Origin: Harriotta raleighana
Lineage: Eukaryota
DNA length: 64,000 bases
Assembly: GCA_050575255.1 (NCBI GenBank)
Contig: JBNZDD010013683.1
Span: 3,600,929-3,664,928, forward strand
Reading direction: 5' to 3'
Within the stretch, counting starts at the first letter, position 1; every line of letters begins with the position of its first letter. Position numbers and translations under genes: made by a program. A model generated the notes under the pieces. The model was not told where the DNA came from, searched no databases, and saw only the letters and a program-made list of their open reading frames with translations. Shown piece after piece: positions 37,549 through 52,100 of this stretch.

Positions 37549-37862
37549 GAGCTCCGGTAGCTCAGTGGTTAGAGCACTCACCTTACAAGTGTGAGACTTA
37601 TGTTCAAATCCAGGCAGATCGAGGCAAAACCTTGGGCAAGTTTTCTTATTCCACACGCCTAATAATAATCCATTTTTAAAAAATTGCTCATTTCAATCCA
37701 CGACTGTTTGTGGGACACTGCTGTACGCAATTGGCTGCCGCGTTTCGCCTACAAATATACAGTCGATTCAATCTGCAGTATATCCTGTGAAGCACTTTGA
37801 GACGTTGATAAGATGTGAAAAGCGCTATATCAAATGCAAGGTTTATTACTATTATTATTAAT
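37549..37862 (+). mobile_element. Family A SINE, full length
   Basis: tagctcagtggttagagc A-box, gttcaaatcc B-box, core, and (tat)n tail. Confidence 0.9.
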
Positions 37863-39039
37863 AGTGTGTAACCCACTTTCAGAGTCCACCGTCGACTCAA
37901 TGTTTAAGCTGCCCGAAATAATAGGGGAAATGAACAGAAATTTGTCGTGACCACAAGTTGCTGTATTTTAGTGGGTTTCGACCTGAAATGAATGCATAAA
38001 CAGATTCACAAATAATAGCAAACTTTTAACTGAGATAATCCAATGCCCCATCAATTGGAGAAATTAGTGGAGGACACTTGAGTACCAAATATTATGCTTT
38101 CCAGGTGGCATGAGGATTTGTACTGTTTATATAAATATTCAAGACAGTGACAAAACTTCACACAGAACAAACTTCCTTTCTTAGATGACAGATACATTTA
38201 AGTGCTAATTATTCATAGGATATTGTTCAATGTTTGATTCCTGGGAAGGGCTATGCTCTGCAGTGCTGAGCAGCTTGAAACAAACAAGAGATTTGTTGGA
38301 GGAAGTGAACGTTGTAATAATTCACATGAATGCATTTTTACTCTTTTATAATGACAGTGCTTTGTCCTGATTAGTCCTTCCCAACCTTTGTAGTCCATGA
38401 AAGAACCATAAAATATGCTTCAATAAGCACAGAACCATCGGGCTTTGTTGTCGTATCATCTGCTGTGAGATGATTCCACATAATTGCTTTTCGAAGTGTT
38501 GTTTTAAAACATTTATTTTGCCTTATTCTTGGTTCTGTATCTAGAGCTGCACTCTGGCAACCTCAATTATATAATAAGGTTTAGCCTGATTAAAGACAAT
38601 AACTAATAAAAGCGCACAAATCCATTCGATATGAATTAGTTGCAAAGTCAGCTCTCAGAGGCATTCTGTCTACAGGCAAACAAAGCATCCGCCCAGGGAG
38701 GTAGATTGTACTTAGACTGTGGTAAGTGGACTAGTTGTGGTTGGGGAGGGGAGAAATTGCCCTGGTTTGACTCCAGAATGGGCCAGGTCACTGTCATTGA
38801 GACTTTCAGGAAGCTTGTCTGAGTAAATGGTGGACAAATGAAAAGATGGATGAATGTGGTAGAAAAGCAAAGGAGTGGGTTTGACATGACATCGCTGATA
38901 CTGAAACCAAGAGCTTAGTGAGGGCACAGGCATAGGTGGAGGAACATTTTACATTGTGGGTGGGGGGGTGGGTTGGGTGGGCACGTATAAACATATGTAA
39001 CCATAAGGTAAATGTTCAACAAAATCAGAATTTTGCATT

Positions 39040-39381
39040 CCATGGATAGAACACTTGCCTTGCAAGCAAGAGACCTGGATTCGATTCCAGGCAGGGCAAA
39101 ACCTTGGGAAAGTTTCCTTACTCCACATGGCTGATAATCATCCCTCAAAAAAAAAATTGGGGGATCGAATAACAACAACAAATTACACCTGTATTGTGCC
39201 TTTCACCTCAAGAGGAATTCTCAACCCACAACTGTTTGTCGGACACTCCAAAGCTCTTCTGGCTGCCGTATTTCAACCATACTCAAATATAATGAATTTA
39301 TTTTACAGTATATTCTCTGAACTACTTTGAGACGTCTAGAAATCCTGAAAAATGCTGTATCAAATGCAAGTATTATTATTA
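39040..39381 (+). mobile_element. Degenerate family A SINE with a short reverse L2 tail inserted at about 39171-39222
   Basis: Head gccttgcaagcaagagacctggattcgattccagg and tail tcaaatgcaagtattatt. Internal aacaacaacaaattacacctgtattgtgcctttcac. Confidence 0.75.
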
Positions 39382-40132
39382 ATTTTCCAATACACATTTT
39401 GTGTTAAAAGAACTATTAATGTACACTACACTATGAATATATGATCAACAGAATATCTAATCCTTTGCACCTTACATATACTGAAACACTAATATCTATA
39501 TACTGCATTATAATTTTGCTTGCCTGATTCATAAATAAAGAAAACAATTTAAAAATAAAATAATTCAAATTGAATGGAGGAGAATAATGGTGAAAATGTT
39601 TTTGAAAAAGATGAAAAAAAGGGAGGTGAAAGGAATAGTAAAAGAAAGAGATTTTGAAACAAAGAGAAATTGGGGGTTGAAAATGATTTATAAAAATGAA
39701 TGACATGGAAACAGATGCAATGAAATAAAAAAAAGCTGTCAAATAAATTATTCAACATATTTAATATATTAAGATAGGCTATGAAATAAGTGAAATAAAA
39801 TGTTAAATTATAAGTGTAACATTAATTCTAAGCAGGAGCAAAGACAAAAACATGGATTCACAGAATGTATTTCAAAAGAAATTAATGTATAAAATGCACT
39901 GGAGGGAAATTTGTGATAATTTATTAAAAGAACTGATGCAATGATAATCTAGCTTCAGTTTATTCGATCAAAGGATTAAAGGAGTGGGGTTAAATTGTTC
40001 GAGGAATACTTTATTTATGAAGTATTCCTCTAACAACACAACCTAATTCTGGAAATAACCAGGTATTGTATATTGTACGAAAAGGGATCTTCAGAAACTC
40101 TACAATTTTAGTTGTAATGCAAGATTACATTC

Positions 40133-40435
40133 ATAATAATAATAATCCTTGCATTTGATATAACGCTTTTCACATCTTCTAGATGTCTCAAAGAGCTTCA
40201 CAGAGTATATTATAAAGTGAATTTGCGGACGAAATGCGGCAGCCAATTGCGCACAGCAGTGTCCCACAAACAGTCGTAGATTGAAACGACCAATTTTTTT
40301 TTTTTTTTTGAGGGATTATTATTAGGCATCTGGAGTAAGGAAACTTTCCCACGGTTTTGCCCTGACCTGCTTGGATTTGAAAACAGGTCTCAAGCTTGTA
40401 AGGCGAGTGCTTTAACCACTGAGCTACTGGATTCC
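40133..40435 (-). mobile_element. Family A SINE, full length
   Basis: Reverse-complement match to the family along its whole length. Confidence 0.88.
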
Positions 40436-40714
40436 ACAAGATCACAAGAGGGATTTGAATATAAAATCCATTTTACATCCAAGTCCATTTGATCTCATCT
40501 TTTCAGAATACCCATCCAGCCATCCTCCCCTCATTGCACCCAAAAATACATTCAGCAGCTTGGCTTCAACCAGCTTTGCTGGTACACAAAATACTCCAGG
40601 TATCTGTCCTGAAATTGCTATTGAATTCCTCGACCATGTCTCCTCCATTTTCTACTATCTCAGTGTATTCGAAAGTAATCTTCTAAGGTTACTTTCTCAT
40701 TCCGAGTTAAAGTT

Positions 40715-40970
40715 GAATTCCAGGCAGGTTGAACACTTGGGCAAGTTTCTTTACTCCACACAATTTATAATAATCACTCAAAAAAAACCTAGACTAAATT
40801 GATCATTTTAATCCACGATTGTTTGTGGGACACAGCTGTGTGCAACTGGCTGCCGCTTTTCACCCACAAATATACAATCAATTCACTATACAGTATATTC
40901 TGTGAAGCGCTTTGAGACGTTAGAAGATATGAAAAGCACTGTATCAAATGCAAGGATTACTATTGTTATT
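40715..40970 (+). mobile_element. Family A SINE, head-truncated
   Basis: cttgggcaagtttctttactccacac, then core, then tcaaatgcaaggattactatt. Confidence 0.85.
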
Positions 40971-43248
40971 AAAGTTTTAGGTACCTGTACAAGGTCTCGT
41001 CTGAAATGTCTTTTCTATCAAGACGGAAGAGTCTTAGCTCATCTGTTTGTTGCCCGTAGCCTGGCTCACAAAATATGTCTACTGCCACAGAAGATTTTCA
41101 CATTACATTTTGAAAAATGTTTTTGCTTCCAAATGTAGAAGATTAAATCACCGCAGACACTTTCTCTCTGTCCTACCACACTATGTCAGTGTACATTTGA
41201 GCACAATTCACTGAGCCACTGGCGTTCCCACCATCAGTGTTTTAATATTCCTTCTGTCAGTTTCTTTTCCTTAATTTGCCTTTTCCTTTTCTGGACTTTC
41301 TTCTCGATTTTATTTGGATGTCGGATGCCATTCGATGGATTCAGGGGAGGGTCGAAAGGAAATGGAAGCATTTGAGTGAAACAAGGGACGAGGTTTGACA
41401 TTATTGATATTGACGGGTGATTTTAGGCTGGACCCTGCAGTCAAGCAGGTGAAAAGAAGAGAGCTCATCAGTGAATATACATTATGGCAGAAGGGACACA
41501 AGCTGTCAGGTTGCATGGGGCTGGGGCAAACACCTAGCATTGGATTATAGGTTCAAGCCAGCGGTCAGTGTATGTGGGTGTGAATGAAGCAATGCGAAAG
41601 AAGAGTGCCATATCCGTTATGTTCAGCTTCTTTTTTTTCCTCTCTTTTATATCAGGCATGAATAATTTTATTTGATCGGGATTTATTTTGACATTAGATC
41701 TCATGTGTGAGGGCATCAGTCACGTCTAGGTCACACAAGAGTAGGGGGGTAATTAAAGTGGCACTTCCACCCTTCCACCCTCCCCTCCCACCACCCCATT
41801 AGCATGTGTCCTCACTCCTCATTTGGTCTGACCTTTTACACTCCTATCTTGCTGTCGTTTTCCCTTCTTGTTGAATAAAAATATCCAAGTGGCTGCTAGA
41901 CATCTTACAGAGTTGGTGACCAACCAGAAATGTTGTTTGTGTCTCCGTTAAAAGCACCTTTTAATTTTCTCTCCTGCTTTTTGAGTTAGAGGGGAGATGA
42001 TTCTGCTCATTTGAAATTGTAATTCCAATTGCCAGAGCAAAATGCACTTAGTGCTTGAACTCTGCTCTGCTCTTTCTTTCCACCCTGATATGATAAGATG
42101 GATTGAATGAAACAAGAGGCAGGCTACCACCAGGCATCCAACGTTACTCTTACATTAAGCCATCAGTAATGCATCACTTCAATCGAGAAGTTGAGCAAAA
42201 AGTTTCCCCAGCTATAAAATAATAGGATGCAAAAGAGCCAGTTTCCTCAATTTGTACAGCCTCAAAAAGTCCTGACATTTACAACTGTGCACAATTCTCA
42301 ACTCTCATTTCAGGAAACAAATCAAATTGAGAGAAAATGGTTGAATGAATAAATAAAGATGAGTTCTGTGCTCTGTGATATTACTGGCTGTGGCATCCAG
42401 TGCATGTTATTGTGATTTTATGAAGATCATCTTTAAGGTGACAGTCTAATAACCGAATTCTAAGCCGAGAAATTGAACCAAAAAATTTATCCTCAAAGGC
42501 TTTGTTTTGTACCACGATAAAGCTATAAAAAGAGCTTGGTATAATAATCACAGCCGTAGATACAAAATCTCTTTTCAACTCCTAAATTTTCCATTTCATT
42601 TCTCATAAACTGCACATATGAGGGTATATGTCCCTGTCTGTTAAGCGGCTTTCAACACGAACAAAATATTGGCTTTGTGTGCATTGTGCACGATTAGTGA
42701 GGTCATTTAAATATTCAGATCATTACCGTTTAGAGTTTGGCAGGAGCTCTGGCCATTAATGTAACAGGCACTCGATATGGAGGATGCCCCCAGGATGTAG
42801 GAAAACATCCTCTGTTGGCTCCATTTTAAGATGTTGGAATTCTACTTACATTTCTCATTAGGTTTCAAAATACATTACTTATCCAATTTATAACCAATGA
42901 CTTTGACCCCAAGACCTCTTTTCCACATACACACTACTTCCACTCATTGGTGGATGGGACTGGGGAAGGGAGAGCAGAGAAGAAATAAAATGTGGAAAAG
43001 AAAAAAGAGAGAAAAAACTGTGCCATCGGTCTACCCCCCCTTTCCCACCCACTCCCACTTCCCTCCACACTCCGTAATCCCAACCCCAGCTCAGGTCCAA
43101 AACACTGACTGTCCAGAAGCTTGGGACGTCTGGTCTGACATGAAAGGCACTAATTGTACAAATCTTGTTTTATACCTTGTGTGTGTAGAAGCATCTTGCT
43201 AGCTGCATGTTCACAAATCTGAATCTAGATCAGGCCTGTATGGGCAAG

Positions 43249-43535
43249 CAACAACACCAACAACTTTGATTTATATACCACCTTCCACGATGGACGGTGT
43301 GTCAGAGCGTTTCACAATAAAGGATCCCAGGCCCGAGCCAGTGGGAGGAGGAAAAAGGTGACCAAAGGCGCGGTCGAAAAGAAAAGTCTTCACCCTGAGA
43401 CCTGAAACTAGGAAGAAAGGGGACGAGGCGAAGGGAGTGAGGAAGGGAGTTCCAACGCTTCGGGGCTCAGTGGCTGACGACGGCCGCCGATGATGGAGCA
43501 GAGGATTCGAGGGACAAGGAGGAGACCAGAACCGG
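43249..43535 (-). mobile_element. L2 LINE 3' end
   Basis: Clearly homologous to 52686-52950 (...LRVKTFLFDRAFG, same tail). Confidence 0.85.
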
Positions 43536-44640
43536 AGGAGAAAAGGCAATGGGTGCTGTGTTGGGGAGAGAGCAGATCTCAGCGAGACACATCAGGGTGT
43601 ACACATGGCAGCTGCAGATGCACAGTGAAACAATGCCGAGACAAATTTGCCAAAGGTACCACTGAAGTCTTGCTGACATGACATTTTCTTTCCTGCAGTA
43701 ATTCAATGCTCAGAATCAAGACTATGGATAAAATGATTTTTTTTTTGTAGTTTATACTTCTCTATGGGTGCCCTCAGAAACGAACCCAAGGTCTAGGAAC
43801 AATAGCAATTCTTTTCAATAAAATACGCAAATTCTGTAAATGTACAGAGAATCCAAATAAGTTGCCGGGATAGCAACAAGGATAAATAAGTAAAGGGATA
43901 TATGCACATTGTAAGCTTCTTAGAAATGTACAAATCGGAAACCAAATCAGGGTTTTGTAAGGCATCCAGTATTTGCGAAAATGCAAAAGGGATAAGCAAT
44001 GAGATAAATAGAAAAACGTGACAATATAAATCTGCCCATATAGAAAGGCACTATGCAAATGTAATTTTGTTGTTGTTATTATCACTGATGCTGTGACAGT
44101 ACAAAATAACTGCGCTGGAGACCTACATGTGAAACAAAACCAGAGTGAGGAAAATTAGAATCTTTGTATCAATAAATCTTTATATATATGTTGTAGGAAA
44201 AGATATAAGGAAGACTTGACACAGCTTAATTAATGGTTGCTCGTACAAGTCAGGTAAGTCACACGCAGCTGAGTAGCTCAGCCTAAATTAAACCTGTTTC
44301 AATAATTATTCTAAAGCATTAAAAATGTAAAAAAGCATTAAATTGCACTTGTTTCCAACCCGCGCTCCCTCCCACCCACTATAACAGTAATTCAGTGACT
44401 CTAGCATGGTCATTGGACAAAGTTTCTCCCCAGGCGTTTGTTTTGAGACTGCCTCAGGCTACAGGTCGCTCATTAATATAAATTTGTTGAATAAATTTCA
44501 AATGAATTAATCTCAGTATAAATTATTCCAACGGTTAGTTAAACAACTGATGACTAAAGAAACCATTTGACATTGTACCCGCTTCACTTCATCGCCGAAG
44601 ATGCTGGGTTCACTAAAGGTGCTTCGGAGTGCACGGTAGT

Positions 44641-46847
44641 TCAACAAATGGCTCGAAAAGTGGTGGCGTGTGGGAATGCGTTAACCTGAGAACAGATCCC
44701 TCCATTCATCGCCAAAACAGAATGATGCCAATTCAAACACTGCACGGTGATTGTTCATTACTTTCAGCTTGATTTCACATGATCTCTTTGGATTACATTA
44801 AGTAATTGGCAGCTCGCTATTAATTTAATGGCTGGTTCAGTGATGTAGCATCAACACAGGCTTGGCTCTACAGATGGAACATTTACACTCTTCTGGTTCA
44901 GTTTCGCAAGAGGAGAGAGGCCACTTTGTCTGGGTTCTGCCATTTTATTATATGTTGACAGAGATCTTTTAATCTCATGTCCCTCAATACCCTTACTTTG
45001 TAGTTCACCAGAGGGAATAATATCTTCAGTCCAAACTAACCATCGCTTTCCTTTACCTCTACAGAACAACACCATTGTATTTGTATTGCACCCTTCAGGC
45101 AGGGTAGGATCTCAGGAGCGCTTCACATTAGCGGGGTAAGAGAAAGGGAGAAGTGAGAGATAACCACAGATACAGTTATCAAGGTTGGTTTCCAGGTAGG
45201 ATAGAAAGCCAGTGATGGGAAGGGGATAATGGCAAGGAGATCCAGAGAGCTGTGGTGTAGTGATGGGCAATGGAGCTAATTCAGGTTTGCTATACAATAT
45301 CCCACTGTTCCCCCACCACCAGCACTCCCCCCTCCCCCAAATCATCAATGGGCCAAGCTTTTAGATTCTTCAACCCTATCTTGTGGAACTCGTTCCCCTT
45401 TATCTCACCTCAATCTCTTCATTGCTCTTCATCTCTCCTGTCAAACCTACCTCTTTGATCATGCCTAGGGTCACATCCACTTTTCTAGTAACTAAATAGG
45501 TGAACAGGGCAAAAAAAAAAGGCCCAAAGTATTCTTATTAATGTTCTTCGCTTTCTAGCATTCNNNNNNNNNNNNNNNNNNNNNNNNNNNNNNNNNNNNN
45601 NNNNNNNNNNNNNNNNNNNNNNNNNNNNNNNNNNNNNNNNNNNNNNNNNNNNNNNNNNNNNNNNNNNNNNNNNNNNNNNNNNNNNNNNNNNNNNNNNNNN
45701 NNNNNNNNNNNNNNNNNNNNNNNNNNNNNNNNNNNNNNNNNNNNNNNNNNNNNNNNNNNNNNNNNNNNNNNNNNNNNNNNNNNNNNNNNNNNNNNNNNNN
45801 NNNNNNNNNNNNNNNNNNNNNNNNNNNNNNNNNNNNNNNNNNNNNNNNNNNNNNNNNNNNNNNNNNNNNNNNNNNNNNNNNNNNNNNNNNNNNNNNNNNN
45901 NNNNNNNNNNNNNNNNNNNNNNNNTCAACAAATGGCTCGAAAAGTGGTGGCGTGTGGGAATGCGTTAACCTGAGAACAGATCCCTCCATTCATCGCCAAA
46001 ACAGAATGATGCCAATTCAAACACTGCACGGTGATTGTTCATTACTTTCAGCTTGATTTCACATGATCTCTTTGGATTACATTAGGTAATTGGCAGCTCG
46101 CTATTAATTTAATGGCTGGTTCAGTGATGTAGCATCAACACAGGCTTGGCTCTACAGATGGAACATTTACACTCTTCTGGTTCAGTTTCGCAAGAGGAGA
46201 GAGGCCACTTTGTCTGGGTTCTGCCATTTTATTATATGTTGACAGAGATCTTTTAATCTCATGTCCCTCAATACCCTTACTTTGTAGTTCACCAGAAGGA
46301 ATAATATCTTCAGTCCAAACTAACCATCGCTTTCCTTTACCTCTACAGAACAACACCATTGTATTTGTATTGCACCCTTCAGGCAGGGTAGGATCTCAGG
46401 AGCGCTTCACATTAGCGGGGTAAGAGAAAGGGAGAAGTGAGAGATAACCACAGATACAGTTATCAAGGTTGGTTTCAAGGTAGGATAGAAAGCCAGTGAT
46501 GGGAAGGGGATAATGGCAAGGAGATCCAGAGAGCTGTGGTGTAGTGATGGGCAATGGAGCTAATTCAGGTTTGCTATACAATATCCCACTGTTCCCCCAC
46601 CACCAGCACTCCCCCCTCCCCCAAATCATCAATGGGCCAAGCTTTTAGATTCTTCAACCCTATCTTGTGGAACTCGTTCCCCTTTATCTCACCCCAATCT
46701 CTTCATTGCTCTTCATCTCTCCTGTCAAACCTACCTCTTTGATCATGCCTAGGGTCACATCCACTTTTCTAGTAACTAAATAGGTGAACAGGGCAAAAAA
46801 AAAAGGCCCAAAGTATTCTTATTAATGTTCTTCGCTTTCTAGCATTC
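44641..46847. repeat. 923-bp direct duplication (44641-45563 and 45925-46847) around a 361-N gap
   Basis: Near-identical copies (about 4 differences seen) abutting the gap. Confidence 0.95.
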
Positions 46848-49093
46848 GTCAGAAAATTTGCCTCGGTTGTGTTCCTACGAATAGAATCTGAATAATCATT
46901 GCCCCCACCATCAGAAGGTTAATGCACCTTAAGGTTATTCATTAAATTAGCTTGCTGATATTTAACACGTACTGTCACATAAGCCATCTACGAAAATAGT
47001 TGAGTCAGCAAGGACTCCAAAGAAAAGCACTATGTTGATACATTTCTATTAATGTTAAGTCAGGTAAAATGCGATGAGAAAATTGCACTGAAAACAGATC
47101 TTTACTTTCGACCTCTAAGTCATTTCTCACAAAGTTAATTACAACAGCAAATTTTTTATGTAAAGCTTGAAACGCATTCGTCTTGAAGGATCAGGGTTAA
47201 TATTAATGATAACCCAGTTCAATCAACGGTGAACGTCACTCTTTTCGTTCTTTATTTAATTAGTTGATCCAGTGCTGTAGCTTCTGGTTACAGACACCAG
47301 GAAGTTTTTCTTTACGCAAAGAGGTAATCAACAATTGGAACCGATTATAAGTAAAAATTATTGTTAAACAGCTTACCATATTAAAGGGAAGATGGTAGAG
47401 TTAGTATTCTGGAAGTGTGAGATCAATGGACTTAAGAACTGACTTAGGAAGGGCTTAGATGAGCATACTTGCGAGAAATCAGGATAATAGATTTCTGATT
47501 ACCAATAGGATTCAAGAAGTATCGTCTGGTCGAGATTTCCTCATTTTAAGACCCTATCATCTATTTTTAGAAGGGACATGAATAATCAAACCCAAGTCCC
47601 CTGCCATTTTGAGCACCAGTTGGTTCCAGAATCAGAAACAGGATATTTATTCAGGACAGGTCTTTTGGCTTTCATTCAGGATGACCAGGTAGGATCGAAA
47701 CGCTAACCCGACTATCCTCTGGATACAACATCAAACTGTTTTGGAACCACCTTTTCTGGTAACTAGTTCCAGTTGTTGATTCCCTTTGTGTGAATACACT
47801 TCCCAGCATCTCATCAAAAAACAGTGCCATATCAGGCAATTTTGGAATGATTCCCCCTGAACAGCAGAATCTCCTCAATTTTTAAACACTTATTTAATAT
47901 GAGCGTAGCTGATCTTGTAAAGATTTATTTTGATTCCATTTTGCATAACGCTGATGTTAAATGGAATTATTGACAATATTTATTCTAATAGGTCAGGAGG
48001 TAAACACGGGATAGATGTTGGTGTGATGCATTTCCTGAAATGTGCTTTGGAAATTTGAAAACTAAATAAATCTGTGAATTTATTTGATCAATCACAGATG
48101 TTGAAACCCTCATTAACAGCTGTCAACACACCATTAACCTTCCTCCTATAAACTCAAAGACAACATTATCATTTTGGAGAGTGTGATCGTTTTAGGCATA
48201 TATATTTGAGTTCTGTGACTAGACAATGCAGATGTTCAAATGCGCATTCTAACATTATTTATTTTAATAATTGTTAGATTCCTATATGTTTCAGGTGTTG
48301 TAAAAATATTGTGGAGGGAATATAAACTGTTTCTGACAAATACACACACAGTACATAAATATCCTTGCTTTAAACTCCTTCTTTTGAGTAAGCCCAATGA
48401 ATCTTTAATATTGGATCGCCCCCAATAAGCCCTATTTCCATTACAGCTACTATTAGAGGTTTGTAGGTAGAAAAGATCCCATGAGGACAATTATACTCAA
48501 TGAAATCGAGCTTCTGAGACAAGTCGCGTAAACACGTCAAATTACAACTTTCAGCAATAGACTTGAGAAATCTTTTCCACACAGGCTTCAGTATTCAGCA
48601 GCAACAATTCTAGATCCACATTCCACCATTAGCCAGTAGTAAGGAAGATCAATCAACTAAAAGCGAGAAATGTTCGACCATCAACAATGAACGGAAGCCA
48701 GGATAAGCCAACATTATCTTAATCAATTTCTTCCATTAATGATATGATGCAAAACAAAATGAATAGTTACTCCCTGCTTCAAATAAGCAATGCAGTAGAC
48801 TGTTCATGGTGCATTGCTGAAGTTTGTTCACAGAAATAATAAGTACAGCAAGTGAACAAGTTAGTGCGTTCACTACAGGGAAAACTTTATCATAGATCAA
48901 GGGTTTCCTATGTTCTATTAGGCATAGCAGGAAGAATAGAAAACATTACCAATATCATCAACAAATTGAACATAGAGCTGTAAAACTATAATGTCTTACA
49001 CCTAGTGTGTTAGATTCATATTGTTGTAATGGATACCAGCAACTAACCAGAAAGATGTATGATAATGGCATTCTAAACCAACGTGAAATGTGC

Positions 49094-49151
49094 TATATAT
49101 ATATATATATATATATAGATAAATATGCATATATTATATATACATATATAT
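49094..49151. repeat. (TA)n microsatellite, imperfect
   Basis: Direct reading. Confidence 0.9.
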
Positions 49152-52100
49152 GTGTACAATTTATTATTGTTACGAAAATGCATAGACAAGTAGGTTTGGG
49201 AACCCATCAAATTATAAATCAGTAAACCCCAAGATTTGGCTTAACTACCTCATCGACAAAATCCACTGACTGATCTATTTTAAGGATTGCTTGATAGATC
49301 CATTAATGTTCTACACTCCAAACTCATTTAGGAACCGATCCAAGAAGGCAAATAGATCCTTTCCATCAATCTGCATAGTTATTTGTCACTACCTGCTTAA
49401 TAGAGACGAAATACGAGCAAAAGGCAGAACTGGAAAATGTTACTGTTCATTGCCAATCGATTCTGTAGTGACATTCACTTTCTCCTTTCTTGGGCATTTC
49501 AAAAAAAAGTTTCTGAACTTGAATCATCATAGAGAAGGCTTAGAAACTTACGCCAGACCTTCTTTTAGTAATTACATTTCTGGGTTTATCCAAGATTAGT
49601 GGACTATGTTGTGGACTATTACGCAGATTTTACACATGGTCACCCAGCTCCAGTATTGCTGCTTTGTTGTGGACAAATTGCACTACCCAACATAGCAATA
49701 CCTATCGAAATAAGAGATGTAAATCATCTCATAATGGTATGCTAATGAAAGCATATGCACATTTTGGATTAGAACAAGCTAGAGATGATTAAATACTTTA
49801 TGAATGCTATGATGCCAGTCCTGTTGGGACTGTGGAAATGTCAAGACTGAATAATGTATACTATAGCATTAGATGATATTCTAGAATTTTTGCTCAATTA
49901 ACTTCAGGAGTCAAGAGAATTATTGGAATTTTATTTTCCTTTCATACAGGTTTCACTTTGGTTGCTTGCCCCATCAGGTGATTTGTTAGGGATGAGATCA
50001 GAAGGATTTGTTTTTATTCCTAACTCCATGAATGGCATCTAACAATGAATGGATTCCCATATCTCCATGTATGCAAAACGGAAGTAATGGGAGCAGAAAG
50101 AAAAGTGAAAGGAAGAAAAAAATGCTCCATCAGACAAGAGTATTAATTTTTCTGACAGTTTAGAGAATGGAAAGAAGAGAGATGTTAGGACCACTTAGCA
50201 AGCAACTCAGGAAACAGGATAGTTCTCACTCCCATATCAAAGCTCAAGAAATTGGAAGAAATTTCATTAAATGGAAAAGAGAGCAAAGGTGGGAACTGAA
50301 GCCTATACAAGATCATCTTAGCACAGAAGAATAGTGAACATCAGAATCACCTGCCAACAAGCTTGTCTCAGAGGTTGTTCTAGATCTCAATGAAATACAC
50401 TGTAGTGATGATCAAATAAAATACATTCTAATTTCATTACATTCTGTGTTGAGGCTAACCACAGCCCATTCAGTAGAAAAGACCAAGATTTCATTCCTTC
50501 AATTTGGACATACTGTAGTAAGTTGTGCGAAGGAAGCATTTTGTGTAACAAAAACTGATTTGTTTACCCAGCCTTGGCCCCTGTATTTGACTATTTGACC
50601 CATCCACAAAAATATTTTTCCCCACATCACTCCAAATCTGTCAGCATGATGGTGGGTTCAAATCTCACATCGGAACTTTTGAGCACATATTTCAAGCTAA
50701 AACTCCAATGCCGTCCATTGACAAGGAAATCATAAAGATACCTGAAGCTTTTTCTTCAACGAGCAAACACAGACTTGGAAAAATGAGCTAAATGGCCCAT
50801 TTGTACTATGCTGTGTCATATATTTCTACAGTTGTAAAGTACCATGCTGGGCTAGCATGCCAGAGAGCAGCAATTACCTACAGTATTACATTACTATCTA
50901 TTCAGCTTCCCACTTACATATTCCACAAAATTTGTACAGAAGTTTTGAAATAAGGAACACATTAAGCTAATGCAGTCAAAGGTTGTAAGAATAATAGGCT
51001 AATTGTGAGGAACACACAAAATGTAGGCAGAATATGACTGGTATTCAGCCAACCCTCAAATCTCTCTGTGAAGGGGTTCAGTCTATTCCTTCTTTAATCA
51101 CAGGATCACACATTAAATCCCCCCCCCACCACCAACTACTAAATTGAGGAAATACAATTGTTCTCCTTCAGAATATGGTGACATGGTGAATTACTGAAAT
51201 GTGTCACACAATATAAGAATGTTGGGAAACGCCAATGATAAAATGTACCACACACTCATGTTAAAGGCTAACATGAGCTTCACTGATCCATGAATGGAAA
51301 CTGAGCCAGGAATAGATTGTTAGCACATTTTCAATGTCTTGGTGTGACAAAGCCTTTGTCTCCTGATATTGAAGTGAAACCAACCATAGCTGGAGGCCGA
51401 CTGGTTTATTATAAGCTAAATATACTACCACACTGAATCTTCAGCAGCAAAGGTAGTATTTTTATCATTGTGAATTTAGCTTGATTTTCAAACAAATGTT
51501 TACGATGGATCACCGGCAGGGGAATTCTCCCGTCTCCTCATTGCTATTCCAATATATTTATGTCCCGTGCAAATTAACGCATCTCTATTTTGACATTCAT
51601 ACCCTCTGATTTAAGATGCAATCTTTACAATTCCCTTTCTATTTGAAACATTGAGTACATACGATTCTGTATATATTAATAAAAACACTCCTCAACATGC
51701 CCATCGCTCTCAGTCTGCACTTCAAAGACTTTATGCCCTACCAGTTTTGCACCACACATTATTTAAGGTACAGAAGATATAGAAATTTAAAGATTAGATA
51801 TTTAATAAAGGTTTAATTCTCTTTAAGGTGCAGGACTGCTTTGAAGAATAGTGAAACAGTTCCAATGTTTCACCCAGTGCCAACATCAAACACTCACAGA
51901 TCAGGTACAGCACAAGTTGGATCCAGCCTAAAACACCCTCGAAAATTACCAAATCATTATGATAGTGCAATTACAGTATTAAACATCTTCCTATTGAATA
52001 TCAAGTAGCATTTAAAAAATCACTTTTTTTTTAAGAGAAAAGTTAAGGAAAAATGAGTAAGGTGGAAAGGAGTTCATAAAGTCAATTCACAATCTAATCG

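Noticed and set aside
44641-46847. Segmental duplication with paired ORFs
   Set aside because: The copies abut an N gap and are nearly identical, indicating an uncollapsed haplotype overlap. The ORFs have no recognisable homology.
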